A stretch of DNA of 48,774 bases, counting the filler, from Catajapyx aquilonaris (taxonomy: Eukaryota): NCBI GenBank assembly GCA_000934665.2. It is 2 parts of 2 records of this genome, joined end to end, with 100 filler letters (N's around TTAATTAATTAA, not from the genome) between each part and the next. Parts side by side here need not be neighbours in the genome. Positions count along the whole stretch, not along the records: positions 24,529 to 48,774 come from JYFJ02005542.1; 1 more part is not named here. One strand, 5' to 3'. The translations under genes were made by a program, and so were the position numbers. Positions 37,685 to 48,774 of this stretch are shown here, piece by piece. The number at the start of each line of letters is the position of its first letter. Within the stretch, counting starts at the first letter, position 1. The notes beneath the pieces are model-generated. The model had not been told where the DNA came from. It saw only the letters and a program-made list of their open reading frames with translations, and searched no databases.

Positions 37685-37750
37685 GTGCATGCGCCCATCA
37701 CGTGAACGTCTAGCCAATGGGAAGGGAGTGTGATACGAGGTGGGCCAATG
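37685..37750 (+). promoter_or_regulatory. CpG-rich promoter motifs upstream of the uncharacterised gene
   Basis: TGCATGCGC (NRF1/Ewg-like, ~37686), palindromic E-box TCACGTGA (37698-37705), two CCAAT boxes at 37714 and 37745 (31 bp apart), ~200 nt upstream of ATG 37953. Confidence 0.5.
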
Positions 37751-37952
37751 GCAGTGCTTGGCTCCTCCCCGGGGGCGCCGGCGCAGGGCAATATACGAGC
37801 CGCAGGGAGGGAGAGGGGCTCCACTTGCTTGCTGCTTCGAAGGGACGTTCGATTGCTGCTGCATTGCGGTGTTCCGGCGTCCAATTGACGGCGATCCTTT
37901 TTTTTTCGGTACCGGCGCCCGTCCGTGGTTCAAGGGGAAAGGTCAAGGCGCA

Positions 37953-40900
37953 ATGTCAGTGCTGCTGAACGAAGTCGTGGTGGCTGTTGGAGAGGACGCA
38001 GGTGTAGGAGGAGGAGGAGGAGGAGGACTGGCCTCTCTGCAGGAGCTGCACAAGTTCTGGTCTGGAGCAGGACAGAGATGCCTCCCGGGACACAGGGAGG
38101 CCTTCGCGCTGGCCAACTCACACCAGGACTCACTCGAGGCTTGCTTCCAACCCTGCTGCGAACAGCTGGAGGTACTTATATAATTACATAGTGTAGTGTT
38201 ACGGAACATAATAATAATAAGAATATAAAAAATGAGGTCATGAACCCCACCCAATGAACAACAACAACAACAGCAGCTGCAGGAGTTATTCACATTCTTT
38301 GGATTTCTTCATTCCGCAAACTTGAATAACTATCATAATTTATATTCCATACTGTAATGCAGTTGAATCCGGATATAACAGCCTCGGCTATAACAGACTT
38401 TCGGTTATAGTAAACTCGGCTATAACAAACTTTTGGTTATAACAGACTCGAAAGGGCTTATGGCCTGTGTATTCGGCTATAACAGACCGATTTCCGCTGT
38501 CTCTTAAAGTCTGTTATATCCGGATTCAACTAGGTAGGCTACAATATAACATTATAATTGGGTAATTATCTATAATTGTAATTTTAAAGTTTTGATAATT
38601 TTTCATACCATGAATGTACATTTTAACCTTATTTTTATTATTATTATTTTATATCCAGATTGAATTTTTAATTGATAATGATAATTTAATTTTAATTAAT
38701 AATGATAATTTAATTTCAGTTGATAATGATAATTTCATTTTAATTGATAATATTATATTTGATTTTAGAATTAGAATTCGGTTTTCATTCACTATGTTAA
38801 TAATTAAAACGAATTATTTAATTTTAATAATTCATTACATCACGGCATTATCCAAAAAAATGGGATAGCCATCATCAGCATAATTTAAATGTTTAATAAT
38901 TTATTAGAATAATATTATTGTAGTTCAGAAGTAAAAATGCAAGTGCACAAGAAAGTGGCTATGCATAATAAAATATGGATCGAGTGATGTCATGGCATTT
39001 TGGTTGGTTCTGTTATGGTGGGGATTGCATATGTAGGATCATTTAAAAAATAAGGAAGGAGTGATGACCTGGTGCATTAGTTGGAAGACCATTGCATGTG
39101 GAGAAGAAAAGTTGCAGAGCCGGTAATATAATTATATTGGGTCACTAGGCTCCACCGGTTCCTGGGAATCAGACGTCAGAGATTAGATTTTCATCATGCT
39201 ATCAGGATTCAAGCACTTGTATACTGCAGATTGCAGGAAGTACTCAGGATATGTAAACTGATAATTGTCTACACTAATGAAAATCAATATTTGTACAAAA
39301 AAAATTACAATACAATTACCTATGTGCCCAGACTTTTGGGTCACCCTGTATTCTAAACTGCGATGAAAATTAATCATTGTACAAAAAATTATTGTATATT
39401 TCTTGCCGTTAAAGGTCTATTCTCATTTGCTTGACTATCACTGCAAGTGAGTGAAACTTTCAACTGCAGATATATTTATTTGCACCAACTCTTTGGGACC
39501 ACAGTTCCCCCATTGCTGCGCACGTGGCATGTGCTGCAGGAGTGCATGATTTACAGGATATGCAAGAAACAAGGGGCCAATGATAATATTTGGGTGGTAG
39601 TACCTCACGAACTTCCTCTATGTTCCATGTTATTAAGTGACTCATATAATTAATTGCACAAATGAAAACCATAATTGATACTCTTGTATAAGGAAAGACT
39701 CCAAGGAAAATTACTACGTTTGTGGCAGTATGTGCGCAGTGAGAAAAGAGCCTTGCACAACCAATTGCCTCCCCCCAAATCAACACCCATTGGTTCAATA
39801 GATCTTTGAATATGAACAGGTGAGACAGATAAAAGTAGTGTGATGCATCTTGGCAATTTAATAGCTGGTTGTTGCGTAGGTTGTGCAAAGTTCTTATGAT
39901 ACACAGCACTGAAATAAACTCTGATTGACTAGCGGGAAAAATCAGAAAGTACTTCATGAGCTTGTAAGAGGAAAATAATCGCAAAACACAACTACGTGCC
40001 AAATTTTATGCTACACAGAATATTTTTTATTAGGTGATGATTAAGAATGATGGGTAATAGCCTAACTTGTACCACATCTTGTTGAAATACAAGTGAAATT
40101 TACACATATTTACACATTCCTGTAATCAAGTGCTTGTAATTTTAATACCCTGCATGTGCTTTCCAATTATGCGATGGATTTTAAATACTGTACTAGATAA
40201 TAACTAATATGGGCTTGTTGCAGAGGTGAATGACACCTGCCACAAACGAAGGTAAAGGGTAATAATCACTGCAAACGAGGGCAGTCCTAAATTGACTTCA
40301 CCACACAAATTAATTAGCAACTTGGTAGTTTATCATACAGTTCTGACTAAGGATGCATTTTATTGCAGACATTTGAAGCCACGAAGACCACAGCATGTGA
40401 CCTGAATGCAAACCAGTGGGAACGATGCGAACCCCTCCCTGAGGCCCGTCCTGCTGAATTGAAAAAGGTAACTTTTGGGAGTGGGGGGAAAAAAGCATAC
40501 TATAGGGGCAAAAAAAAAAAGAGAGAGAGAAAGGAGAGAACACAAGTCTTTCAAGATCCTATGTGGAAATGTACAAATGATTAGTAAGGCATTGTCACTT
40601 CCACATGAATCTGCACACATGCATGTGACATAAACCAGATACTTCTTGAATGTGGAATCGTCCTTTTATGTGCGCATGATAAATTTACTGCAGTCACTAA
40701 CATTTTACATCGATTCACAAAATTAAAAATTAATACACCTGTTTGGTAGGATGTTCGTTTTTGCTTTCCGTGGAACTTGTTACGAAACCATGCTAACAAA
40801 TTTTGAGGTCAACAGCTTTTAGACCTCGGAACTTGCTTGGCTGCTGACCCTCAACTTGTAGAAAGTTGGGTAATTTAATTTTTGCAAATCCTTTGAGCAT

Positions 40901-43797
40901 ATAACTGATTAATCAATTACTGCATGTGTGAAGGTGAGCTGAATGCCAGTAACCAGGAAACAATACATCAACCATCAAGGCTGACGTATGGAAGTAACAA
41001 AAGAAATTGCACTTATATACCTGCAATTAATCAAGTTTGCTATCTTGTCCTTCATAGTTTTGCCCTTGACTTTCACCATTTGACCTTATCCAAAAAATCA
41101 ATTTGCATGCAGCCTGCACGAAACATCGCATGACCATAATTACACCCTCCTATTTTCTTCGTCGTAGTTGAAGTTGGTGATGCTGTTAAACTGAGAACAC
41201 AGTTGTCATATTAGCAGTATTTCTCAAAAAATTTCCTTGTTAAAAACCAGCGTGACCAAAAGTGACTACGATACACTCTCCTTTATACGTTTATTGTTTA
41301 AAATGGGATTCTTTATGTTGGGAGGGGGGAATGTGCTGTTATTTGTGCCAGGGATGGGGGCATATAGTGGGGGAGATATGTGATGAGTGACAATATATGG
41401 GGGGAGGGGGGGATAGGCCAGACCATGCTTTTAATTCTTACTGTTACAGATCCTCACGCCCACATTGACGACGTCAAGTGCAATCCTGCCGCACTACAAC
41501 AGTCAGTCGCCGGCACATCCGCCCGGTTGACATTGCTTTGGACCTGGGTTAGAAACAATATAGAGTCCAAACACCACAGTTTGGTCTCTTATATATCCCT
41601 TCAAATAGCCTCACAATTTGGTACACGCCACTTAGCTGTTAGCATGAGTGTTCAATAAATGAACTAGCACACGTCTCTTTTGCCATGTCCAAATTCTCTA
41701 GGGGGCCGTTATTGAAATGGCGTCAATGGGATATGTGCTAGATAATTTGCTGTCGGAAAATGGACAAGTTCATTGAGGGGCCAGAGCAAATGCCTGGCAG
41801 CAATGGGTGTCACCAATACTACGAAGCTGAGAACTGGTGAAGCGTCCCTCTTCTTCCGGAAGCTGGACAACCCAACCCAGCCCGAGGTCGACATTGCTCC
41901 TCGTCGCAGATTGTTGCCAGGATGGCTTGACAGCCCCTCTATCTCAGTTAAAGCAATGCATTACATAAACATGAAAAAAGCTTTGTGGACTGTGCCAGAA
42001 AGTGGGGCTAAGAAAAAGACAATCAGAGAGAGAAAATAGGGCCTTTTTATTCAATGTTTATGTGAAGCTATTTAAGTTTCTTAAATGTCAAAGTGAAATT
42101 CTATTAAGTTTTGTTGAGAAAAAAAGAGAAAATAGTAGTCAAAAAATTTTTAAAACACTACATGAAGAACATGGAAGCAGAAAAAGAAACATTTGTATTC
42201 TTCATAGAGTGATCTTATATACCAACTGTGTACTTTACTACCAGATTGCAGGTTTTCTTATTAGACTCATTCTTTCAGTGTTTTTCTGATGATGATCAAA
42301 AGTCCCTTCTGGTGAATGGCCGTGACATTGGCGACATTCCAGCTGAATTCACCATTCAAGGGCTGCACAGCCACGAGTTTCCCGTCATTGGAACATACGT
42401 TGATCCTCGCATTGTTCCAGGATTCAAGTACAGGTTGGTTTCATTGATGATTGCAACTTAATGTGTGCATGAGGAAATCGCAAATGTAAATTGGACTTGT
42501 GAACACTTTTTTGTAATGGAAGTTTTGATTGACTGTCTCCTGGCCCAATGCAGAGTCCGTCCACTGCCTGGTAAAAAGCACCTGTTCGAGGGACGTGCCT
42601 TGAAGCTTCAGTCAGTTGGTTGTGGATATGGGAAGCGAATCACTTTCGCTGGTGATCGCCTGAATGGCAATGATAATTACTTCTGGAGCGACAACAATGC
42701 AGAAGGATATGCCTTTGAACTGGAGGTTGTGTCACCTGGGGACACCTTCACTGTCTTTGATTCAATTCGTCAAGCGATCGGAATCTGTGAGGTTGTTGAA
42801 CTGCGGGTAAGTTGATTCCTTACAGTGTTACATGCATTGAAAAGTACTTTGTCATGTCCATTCAGTGGACTCATCAATTGTGCAACCTTCTTTGCTGCAG
42901 GGTGCCCAGCAGGAGAAGAATCATGGGACTAACTCAAAGGGTGAGACCGAGAAAGCAGTGCATGTTGCCATTCTCTGCAAGGTCGAGTCCTTCCAGACTG
43001 GATCCCTGAAGGTCAAGCTGGTCACTGGAACTGCAATCGTCACCAAAAGTCGACATGGGCAGGCCCAGATCACCCGTCTATCCCGAGCCAGTGTTGGCAC
43101 TACTCGTCACGAATGCACCCTTATCCCTGGAGCAGATCGCAGTTTCCGCACTATTGTAGTCACCTGTGACATACCCACTTCCTATTCGATCACTGGACTC
43201 CAGCCTCATGAGATCCCTGTCATCGGCACATACGTAGATCCACGCATTGTCCCAGGATTCAAGTATCGCGTCCGGGCAACAAGTAGCAAGCACCACTTGT
43301 TTAATAACCAGGCACTGTTGCTGCAGAGCATTGCTCGCGGTTATGGGAAGCGAATTACTTTCGAGTCAGATTGTCTGAACAACAATGAGAATTATTTCTG
43401 GAGCGATAATCAACCGGATGGGTACAGGTTTGAGATACAGGCAGTATTTGCAGGGATGCGGTTTGAGGTCAGGGATGAAAATGGTGATGTCTCTGGAACG
43501 GCAATCGTGTTCCGTACCGATTCGCCACAGTTTGAAGAGTCGTCCGAGATCCTTCCAGATGGATCGATCCAGAAGCGATTGCATGTTGATGTCACCACCC
43601 ACCTAACTCTCAGCAATAACAACAATGTCAATGAGGGGGAAGAAAAGGCTGTCAGGGTTTCAGGAACTGCTGTAGTCAGGAAGGGTCGCAAGGAACGTGA
43701 GGCCAAGGTGATTCAAATCGAGAACCCTGGATTTGACTCACAGATTAATACCGTCCTGTTGAGAAAGCAGACTAAGGTTGTGCTGGTTGCAGTATGA
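37953..43797 (+). CDS. Uncharacterised ~540-aa protein with a tandemly duplicated ~200-aa domain
   Basis: Core exons 42279-42433, 42554-42806 and 42901-43797 (TGA) are well supported by two copies of PVIGTYVDPRIVPGFKYRVR...HLF...GYGKRITF...NYFWSDN..GY.FE. Upstream exons 37953-38171 and 40369-40467 are phase-compatible with canonical sites but less certain. Total 1623 nt; AATAAA at 44065. Confidence 0.75.
38360..38532. mobile_element. CAGTTGAATCCGG-family MITE, copy 3
   Basis: CAGTTGAATCCGGATATAACAG...CTGTTATATCCGGATTCAACT with internal GG(C/T)TATAACAG tandem units. Confidence 0.75.
38671..38758. repeat. AT-rich 24-bp minisatellite, ~3.5 units
   Basis: attgataatgataatttaatttta / attaataatgataatttaatttca / gttgataatgataatttcatttta / attgataat. 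Confidence 0.75.
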
Positions 43798-44195
43798 TCA
43801 CTAAATAACCAGCTTAAAAAAAGTGATGTCAGATGATGATGGCATTGCTTAAATATTTTTAATATCAAGAAGTGTTCACACCCACATTCCGAAATTTTTT
43901 TGTGTCTTTTTGCTCAGCAGCTATTTTTCTAGGTTAAGTTCTTCCAACTGACATATGTAGTGTCACAACCATCACCAATGACACTAGTTGAATAGACACT
44001 GACGATTCTCATTGTAATGATTAGATATGATCTTCCATTCTAGGTGGCAAATATATTGTCGCTAATAAAATCCAGCACAATTCCAATTGCCCTTGCGCAA
44101 CTTATTAGATCTGCTATGCAACAACGCAGAGGTACTGACTCCTGTAATAAATTATGTAAATAAAGAGGATTGGTGATTCTCATCATTGGTGATTT

Positions 44196-45701
44196 TTATT
44201 TGTTGGCAACAGTGAATTGAGTTAATTCATCAGGCTTCAGGGACCAACATGTGAAAGTAGTAGTTCTTGTTATGCACCAAGCCTCTTGGTAATCAACAGC
44301 TGCCTTTTTTAAGGTGATGTAGCTTGCTTTATTCACGTCACCAACAGTCAACAAAGAAAGTGGTAAAGCATCTGCTGGCAATGACTGAACAAGTTCAACA
44401 AATTTTGTCAGCAGAGCAGCTTTGCATGTCCGCAACTGGCTCGATGGTTTTCCAAATGTTTTCTTTATTGCTCCTTGCTTGCGCCCATCCACAGACACTT
44501 CGCTGATACCTGCACCGTCGCTGCATGTCCATGCAATGCTTGATGTGCATGGGTTGCATCCATTGTTGCGTCCATGGCTGAATTTAACTTCGGCGCAGGA
44601 AATAAATGGGCAGGTGATCCTATACCCTTGCGGGAGATCAGCGCACTTTGTCAGACGACCCACCAAGGCTCGGTGCATTGCTGAATGGTCATATGGCACG
44701 TCACCAATTGTGATGCTGGATAAGTATATTGGGGCGGTGAGGAAGTGACTCACCAGAGCCCCTTGGATTCCAACCACATTCCACCGCGCTATTTTATCGC
44801 TGCACGACATGGACAGTGTTGGATCACCACGCCCTGGTTTAGTCCTGGTGATTCCAACTATGTGGTATTGCATGCCAGGAAGGCGTGGGTCAGGGCTTCC
44901 AATGGATTTGGCCCCAGTGCGATGGATGTCCAGTTTTGGCCTCTTAATTGGTGTGGCGCAACACTCTTCATCATCTTTACTTGTAGTCTGATCACTTCTT
45001 TTGGAGCCTGCAGGAAGTTTATCACCACCAACAGTGTTATTGTGCTGGGCCAAACCTGCACCTGAGTTACGCTTGCTCACAATGTTAGTTAGTCTAGTGG
45101 AGTTGACACTATCACCATTATCACAATTAACGGCACTGACATTCACACCTCGGCCATCTCCTTTTATGCTCTGATTTGTAATGCCACTATTTGCTGATGC
45201 AAGTTCATTAGTGTTGAGATGTCTACACTCTTCAGAAGCCTTGCCAACACACGGAACACAATCTTCATCATCTGGTTCATTTTTTAGAAAGATGGATGCA
45301 TCTCCGCAGGGTGACTTTGACACAAAGAAATGGAACTGCACATTGTCACGCAGCTTACACATACCTTTGGTGGTCTGGTCATGCACGAACACATCCGAAG
45401 CCCCTTCCCTGTAGGCCCTGCCAATCTGTTCGTACAGGTAGAGCAAGAAGGCCCTTCTGGCCACAACCTCAGCATGGGAGTCGTTCACCATCCTTCCCTC
45501 CGGACTCATCTTCCCCTTTCCAATGCACCTGGTCCCAGTCCCCATGGCCACAACATCAAGGCTGCCGGACTCAATCTCCCTCTTCACCACCGCAGCCATC
45601 ACCGTCCACTCCTGGCCTGGGTTCGGCTTCCCTCTCTTCGGAAGGGAATCGTAGTGAGACTGGCACAACCCAGCAACTCTCACTGCAAATCCTGCTTCCA
45701 T
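44196..45701 (-). CDS. ADAT1: tRNA-specific adenosine deaminase 1 (tRNA-Ala A37 deaminase), single-exon CDS, ~501 aa
   Basis: N-terminus [31 protein letters not shown], zinc motifs [18 protein letters not shown] and [37 protein letters not shown]. No dsRBD. Start placed at MEAGF (45701); the ORF stays open upstream to 45959. Confidence 0.92.
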   Translation of the reverse strand: MEAGFAVRVAGLCQSHYDSLPKRGKPNPGQEWTVMAAVVKREIESGSLDVVAMGTGTRCIGKGKMSPEGRMVNDSHAEVVARRAFLLYLYEQIGRAYREGASDVFVHDQTTKGMCKLRDNVQFHFFVSKSPCGDASIFLKNEPDDEDCVPCVGKASEECRHLNTNELASANSGITNQSIKGDGRGVNVSAVNCDNGDSVNSTRLTNIVSKRNSGAGLAQHNNTVGGDKLPAGSKRSDQTTSKDDEECCATPIKRPKLDIHRTGAKSIGSPDPRLPGMQYHIVGITRTKPGRGDPTLSMSCSDKIARWNVVGIQGALVSHFLTAPIYLSSITIGDVPYDHSAMHRALVGRLTKCADLPQGYRITCPFISCAEVKFSHGRNNGCNPCTSSIAWTCSDGAGISEVSVDGRKQGAIKKTFGKPSSQLRTCKAALLTKFVELVQSLPADALPLSLLTVGDVNKASYITLKKAAVDYQEAWCITRTTTFTCWSLKPDELTQFTVANK

Positions 45702-46030
45702 GTCTGCTCTCATGTGGGGATGCAACCATTGCGATTTGCAGTTTTGCACTCTTATTCTTCCACTGCACTGGAAAAACTGAAGTGCATTTCGCACCCATAC
45801 ATTTCTGACCGATTCGCTCTTTTGCCGGCATTGTGAGCGCCACCTGTACAGAACTGTATGGCACAGTTTTAATGAACAATAGTGTTTTGATACATGGTTT
45901 TTAATATGACATTTTAATAGGAACCATTTCTGGCTATGATGAAATAACGGCCTGGTCATGTCCGGTTTGTTCCGTGCGGCAGAGGCCCGAATGCGGCCGG
46001 CGTTCGATCGAGCATTCTCACCTTTCCAAG
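45702..46030. promoter_or_regulatory. Putative bidirectional promoter shared by ADAT1 and PSMB6
   Basis: Start codons are divergent and ~330 nt apart; CpG-rich stretch at ~45950-46030. Confidence 0.6.
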
Positions 46031-47880
46031 ATGGCAGAAGTTGCTGAGTTCATCCGAGACGCCGAGAAGAGAGCCGGGAGGACCATGTCCCCTGCCCTCA
46101 GCTGCCTTCCGGAATGGATGCAGCACGAGCACTCCACTGGGGTAAGCCCATATCCGCAGGAGGCCTTTGGCCAGGACATTAGATTCATCTACATGTCAGG
46201 GCTTTTGGTCATGCCAATTAAATTATTTTTTCCCCTTCGTTTTTTAGACGTCTATTATGGCTGTGGAGTTCGATGGTGGTGTGGTCTTGGGAGCTGATTC
46301 CCGCACCACCACTGGACAGTACATCGCAAACAGGGTCAGTGACAAGTTGAGCCGTGTCACTGATTACATCTACTGCTGCCGCTCGGGGTCGGCCGCTGAC
46401 ACCCAGGCAGTGTCTGATGTCGTCAAGTATCACCTGGAGTTCCACGAGTAAGTGCGCTCCCTAATTTCATGCCCAATTTTTATAATTCTCTTATTCTCTC
46501 ATGTTACACCCAATTTTTAGAATTTCCCTAATCTGCTACAGTTGAATCCGGATGTAACAGACTTGAAGGACCAAGGCAATCCATCTGTTATAACCCGAGG
46601 TCGATTATATAGCCAAATCGCCACTTTCGCAATGAATACACAAGTTTCCTGCTTTCCATATGCTTATAATGCACTGTACTGCATACTGATTAATGAAACT
46701 ATCCACAAACAAGCAAAATTAGCTCACCTGTAACTTGGGCAGGATCCAAGAAATCTGTCATTTTCTTCTGCCGTCCCCTCTTTGCCTAATATGCCAGAAG
46801 TAGAATTATTTAGACCTTTTCTACAAGTGCTAGATCAGTGACAGTTGCGAAAATCACCCCCGCTCCAGTATGCAGTGTATTTCTTGCATGGAAAAGGAAT
46901 TTGAGTAATCAAAAGCAGTCTCTTTTCCCACTGAGGGGTCAAGAAATGGTCTGTTATACCGTACCTGAGGTGTGGTGAAAATGAGTCTGTTATATCAGGA
47001 GTAGAAATACACAAAGCATTATGGAAGTATGGTGTGGGACTGGCCTTTTGAGTATATTATAACCGAAAGTCTGTTACAGCCGAGGCTGTCACATCTGGAT
47101 TCAACTCTAGTTACAAGGCTAGCAGGAGAAGGGGGGCGTTGAGTTGCTTACAATCTTGCTGCTAATAATGCTAATGCAGTGGGAGTCCATGAGAATCCAA
47201 TGTTGAATGCAGCTTTCTCTTAGCTTCAGATTTAGATGTCACTTCACTGTGTAGTATTTGCATGATCTAATAATATTTTATGGTGTTTGCCTCTCTAAAG
47301 GATCGAGCTGGGTAAGCCTGCCAAGGTGTCCACAGCGACCAGCATATTTCGGGATATTTGCTACAACAACAGGGACAACCTGAGTGCTGGGATAATTGTG
47401 GCTGGATGGGACAAGGTACTGGGTGGCCAGGTTTACTGCGTTCCCATTGGCGGGATGAGCATCCGACAGTCGGTGGCTATTGGCGGATCTGGAAGCACCT
47501 ATGTGTATGGATATGTAGATTCCGCCTACAGGACAGGAATGACCTCACAAGAATGCCAGCAGTTTGTGCTCAACAGTAAGTCATGGGGATTCCTTTGTCG
47601 GAAATATAGTAACAGTGACAGTGAAATCGATCCATTTGGTAGGGTTACCTCCTAAGCATGGCAGCATGTCTTGTCGAGATGCCTGTTTAATTAAACCTAG
47701 TAATACAAAGGTTCAGTTGTACCATAACAGTTTTGATTGCTTCCCCCCACAGCTCTGACCTTGGCAATGAACCGAGATGGTTCCAGTGGAGGAGTTGTCC
47801 GGCTGGCCATTATCACCGAGAAAGGTGTCGAGAGAAAAGTGGTCACTGGGAGCGACCTGCCCAAGTTCTACAGTGGCTGA
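46031..47880 (+). CDS. PSMB6: Proteasome subunit beta type-6 (beta1), 237 aa
   Basis: Exons 46031-46141, 46248-46447, 47301-47575, 47753-47880 (TGA). Propeptide ..[27 protein letters not shown] with catalytic Thr1; also [41 protein letters not shown]. Confidence 0.96.
46539..47107. mobile_element. CAGTTGAATCCGG-family element, longest copy (~570 bp), in PSMB6 intron 2
   Basis: TA-CAGTTGAATCCGGATGTAACAG...CTGTCACATCTGGATTCAACTC-TA; subterminal parts match the 130-180-bp copies. Confidence 0.7.
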
Positions 47881-48449
47881 AGATTTTGAGGATTTCAACG
47901 AATTCATTGTCATGTTTTGAATATAATAAATCTTTTTTGGGGTCATGAAGGTCTTGTTTATTAGAAACACTGCATTGTGACTGAATATTTAATGAGATAC
48001 ATAAATCGTTTCAGAAACATATAAAAATACTTTCCCATTTGTCTGGGACAAAAAATGGCACTTTCAACAATACTTGCCTATGGCACATACAGTATTATCA
48101 TTATCTCTACTAATATAACAATTTCATATTTAGTGAGAATAGAGATTGACCTTAAAAACTCTGCATAAGACAACAGAAGTAAAAATCATAGATATTGTGC
48201 ATATAACATGGTGATTATTTAAAAAATGGATTGATGTCATATGAAAGGTGACTTTCATGATAAAAATAATCTGCCTTTCCCATTTTCTATCCAAAAGGCT
48301 CGTCAGATGATGTGGAACAGGGAATGTTACTCTTAAAGAAAATAGTGTCACATCTTAAAGTGTTACAAAACATCACACGAACGCTTCAGCTTAGAAAGGA
48401 ACAGTCAAAAGCAAAGAGTAATATTACTCCGCGACAGTCACTTCACGTG

Positions 48450-48666
48450 ACCGAAGCAGGTTGGCATGGTGGATAAAGCATCAGACTGCTAATTGGGAGG
48501 TCCTGGGTTCGAATCCAGGGGCCGACGATCCTGACTGTGGTTTTCCACGGTCTTCCTAGGATAATTCCGGGGTCGCTTCCATATAATAGGCCACAGCCCC
48601 TTCCTTCCCTCCTTGGAGGTTGAAGAGGCAAAGCTGAGCCAACATCCCTAATATCAATTATTAAAA
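48450..48666 (+). mobile_element. tRNA-derived SINE with a 14-bp target-site duplication
   Basis: A-box TGGCATGGTGG, B-box GGTTCGAATCC, body ..GGTTTTCC..GGCCACAGCCCCTTCCTTCCC, short A tail; flanked by agtcacttcacgtg (48436-48449) and agtcacttcatgtg (48667-48680). Confidence 0.8.
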
Positions 48667-48774
48667 AGTCACTTCATGTGTCAGTGACCCTCCAGTAGCC
48701 AATCTTGGATAATTATTTTTGTCTGCTTCTTCACATGCTCAGAATACTCTTGTTGCCTTGGACTTACTAAATGC

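Noticed and set aside
38360..38532. CRISPR-like short repeats
   Set aside because: Eukaryotic context, no unique spacers of regular length, and the repeats lie inside MITE TIRs.
41850..41900. Minus-strand NVDLGLG / RKKR resembling a DH31-type neuropeptide precursor
   Set aside because: The two motifs are in different frames and the rest of the peptide and a signal sequence are absent.
44324..45879. Several overlapping ORFs antisense or out of frame to ADAT1 (similar shadow ORFs over SMC6 and ABCA exons)
   Set aside because: Expected by-products of GC-richer coding sequence; no motifs or splice support.
44196..45959. ADAR, or a 587-aa protein starting at 45959
   Set aside because: No dsRNA-binding domains, and the ADAT1-type N-terminus begins at MEAGF (45701); the upstream 86 codons show no recognisable similarity.

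Overview
Eukaryotic, intron-rich, AT-rich genomic DNA, probably from an arthropod (inferred from protein sequences and small GT-AG introns; species not identifiable). Six protein-coding loci can be built by hand. They are the 3' part of a voltage-gated Ca2+ channel alpha-2/delta gene (+, 743-7804), complete SMC6 (+, 11205-21529), the 3' half of an ABCA1-like transporter (+, 26349-31826), an uncharacterised ~540-aa protein with a tandemly duplicated ~200-aa domain (+, 37953-43797), an intronless-CDS ADAT1 (-, 44196-45701) and, head-to-head with it, proteasome beta1/PSMB6 (+, 46031-47880). Introns and intergenic DNA carry palindromic TA-flanked MITEs (a nested set fills SMC6 intron 11870-14556), a ~1.2-kb foldback element, tRNA-derived SINEs and a LINE fragment. 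A 100-nt artificial linker (44N-TTAATTAATTAA-44N) at 24429-24528 means the two sides may not be truly contiguous. The best leads are a hidden three-exon minus-strand transcript divergent from SMC6, the duplicated-domain gene, microexons in the alpha-2/delta gene, and a pre-miRNA-sized hairpin at ~22480.
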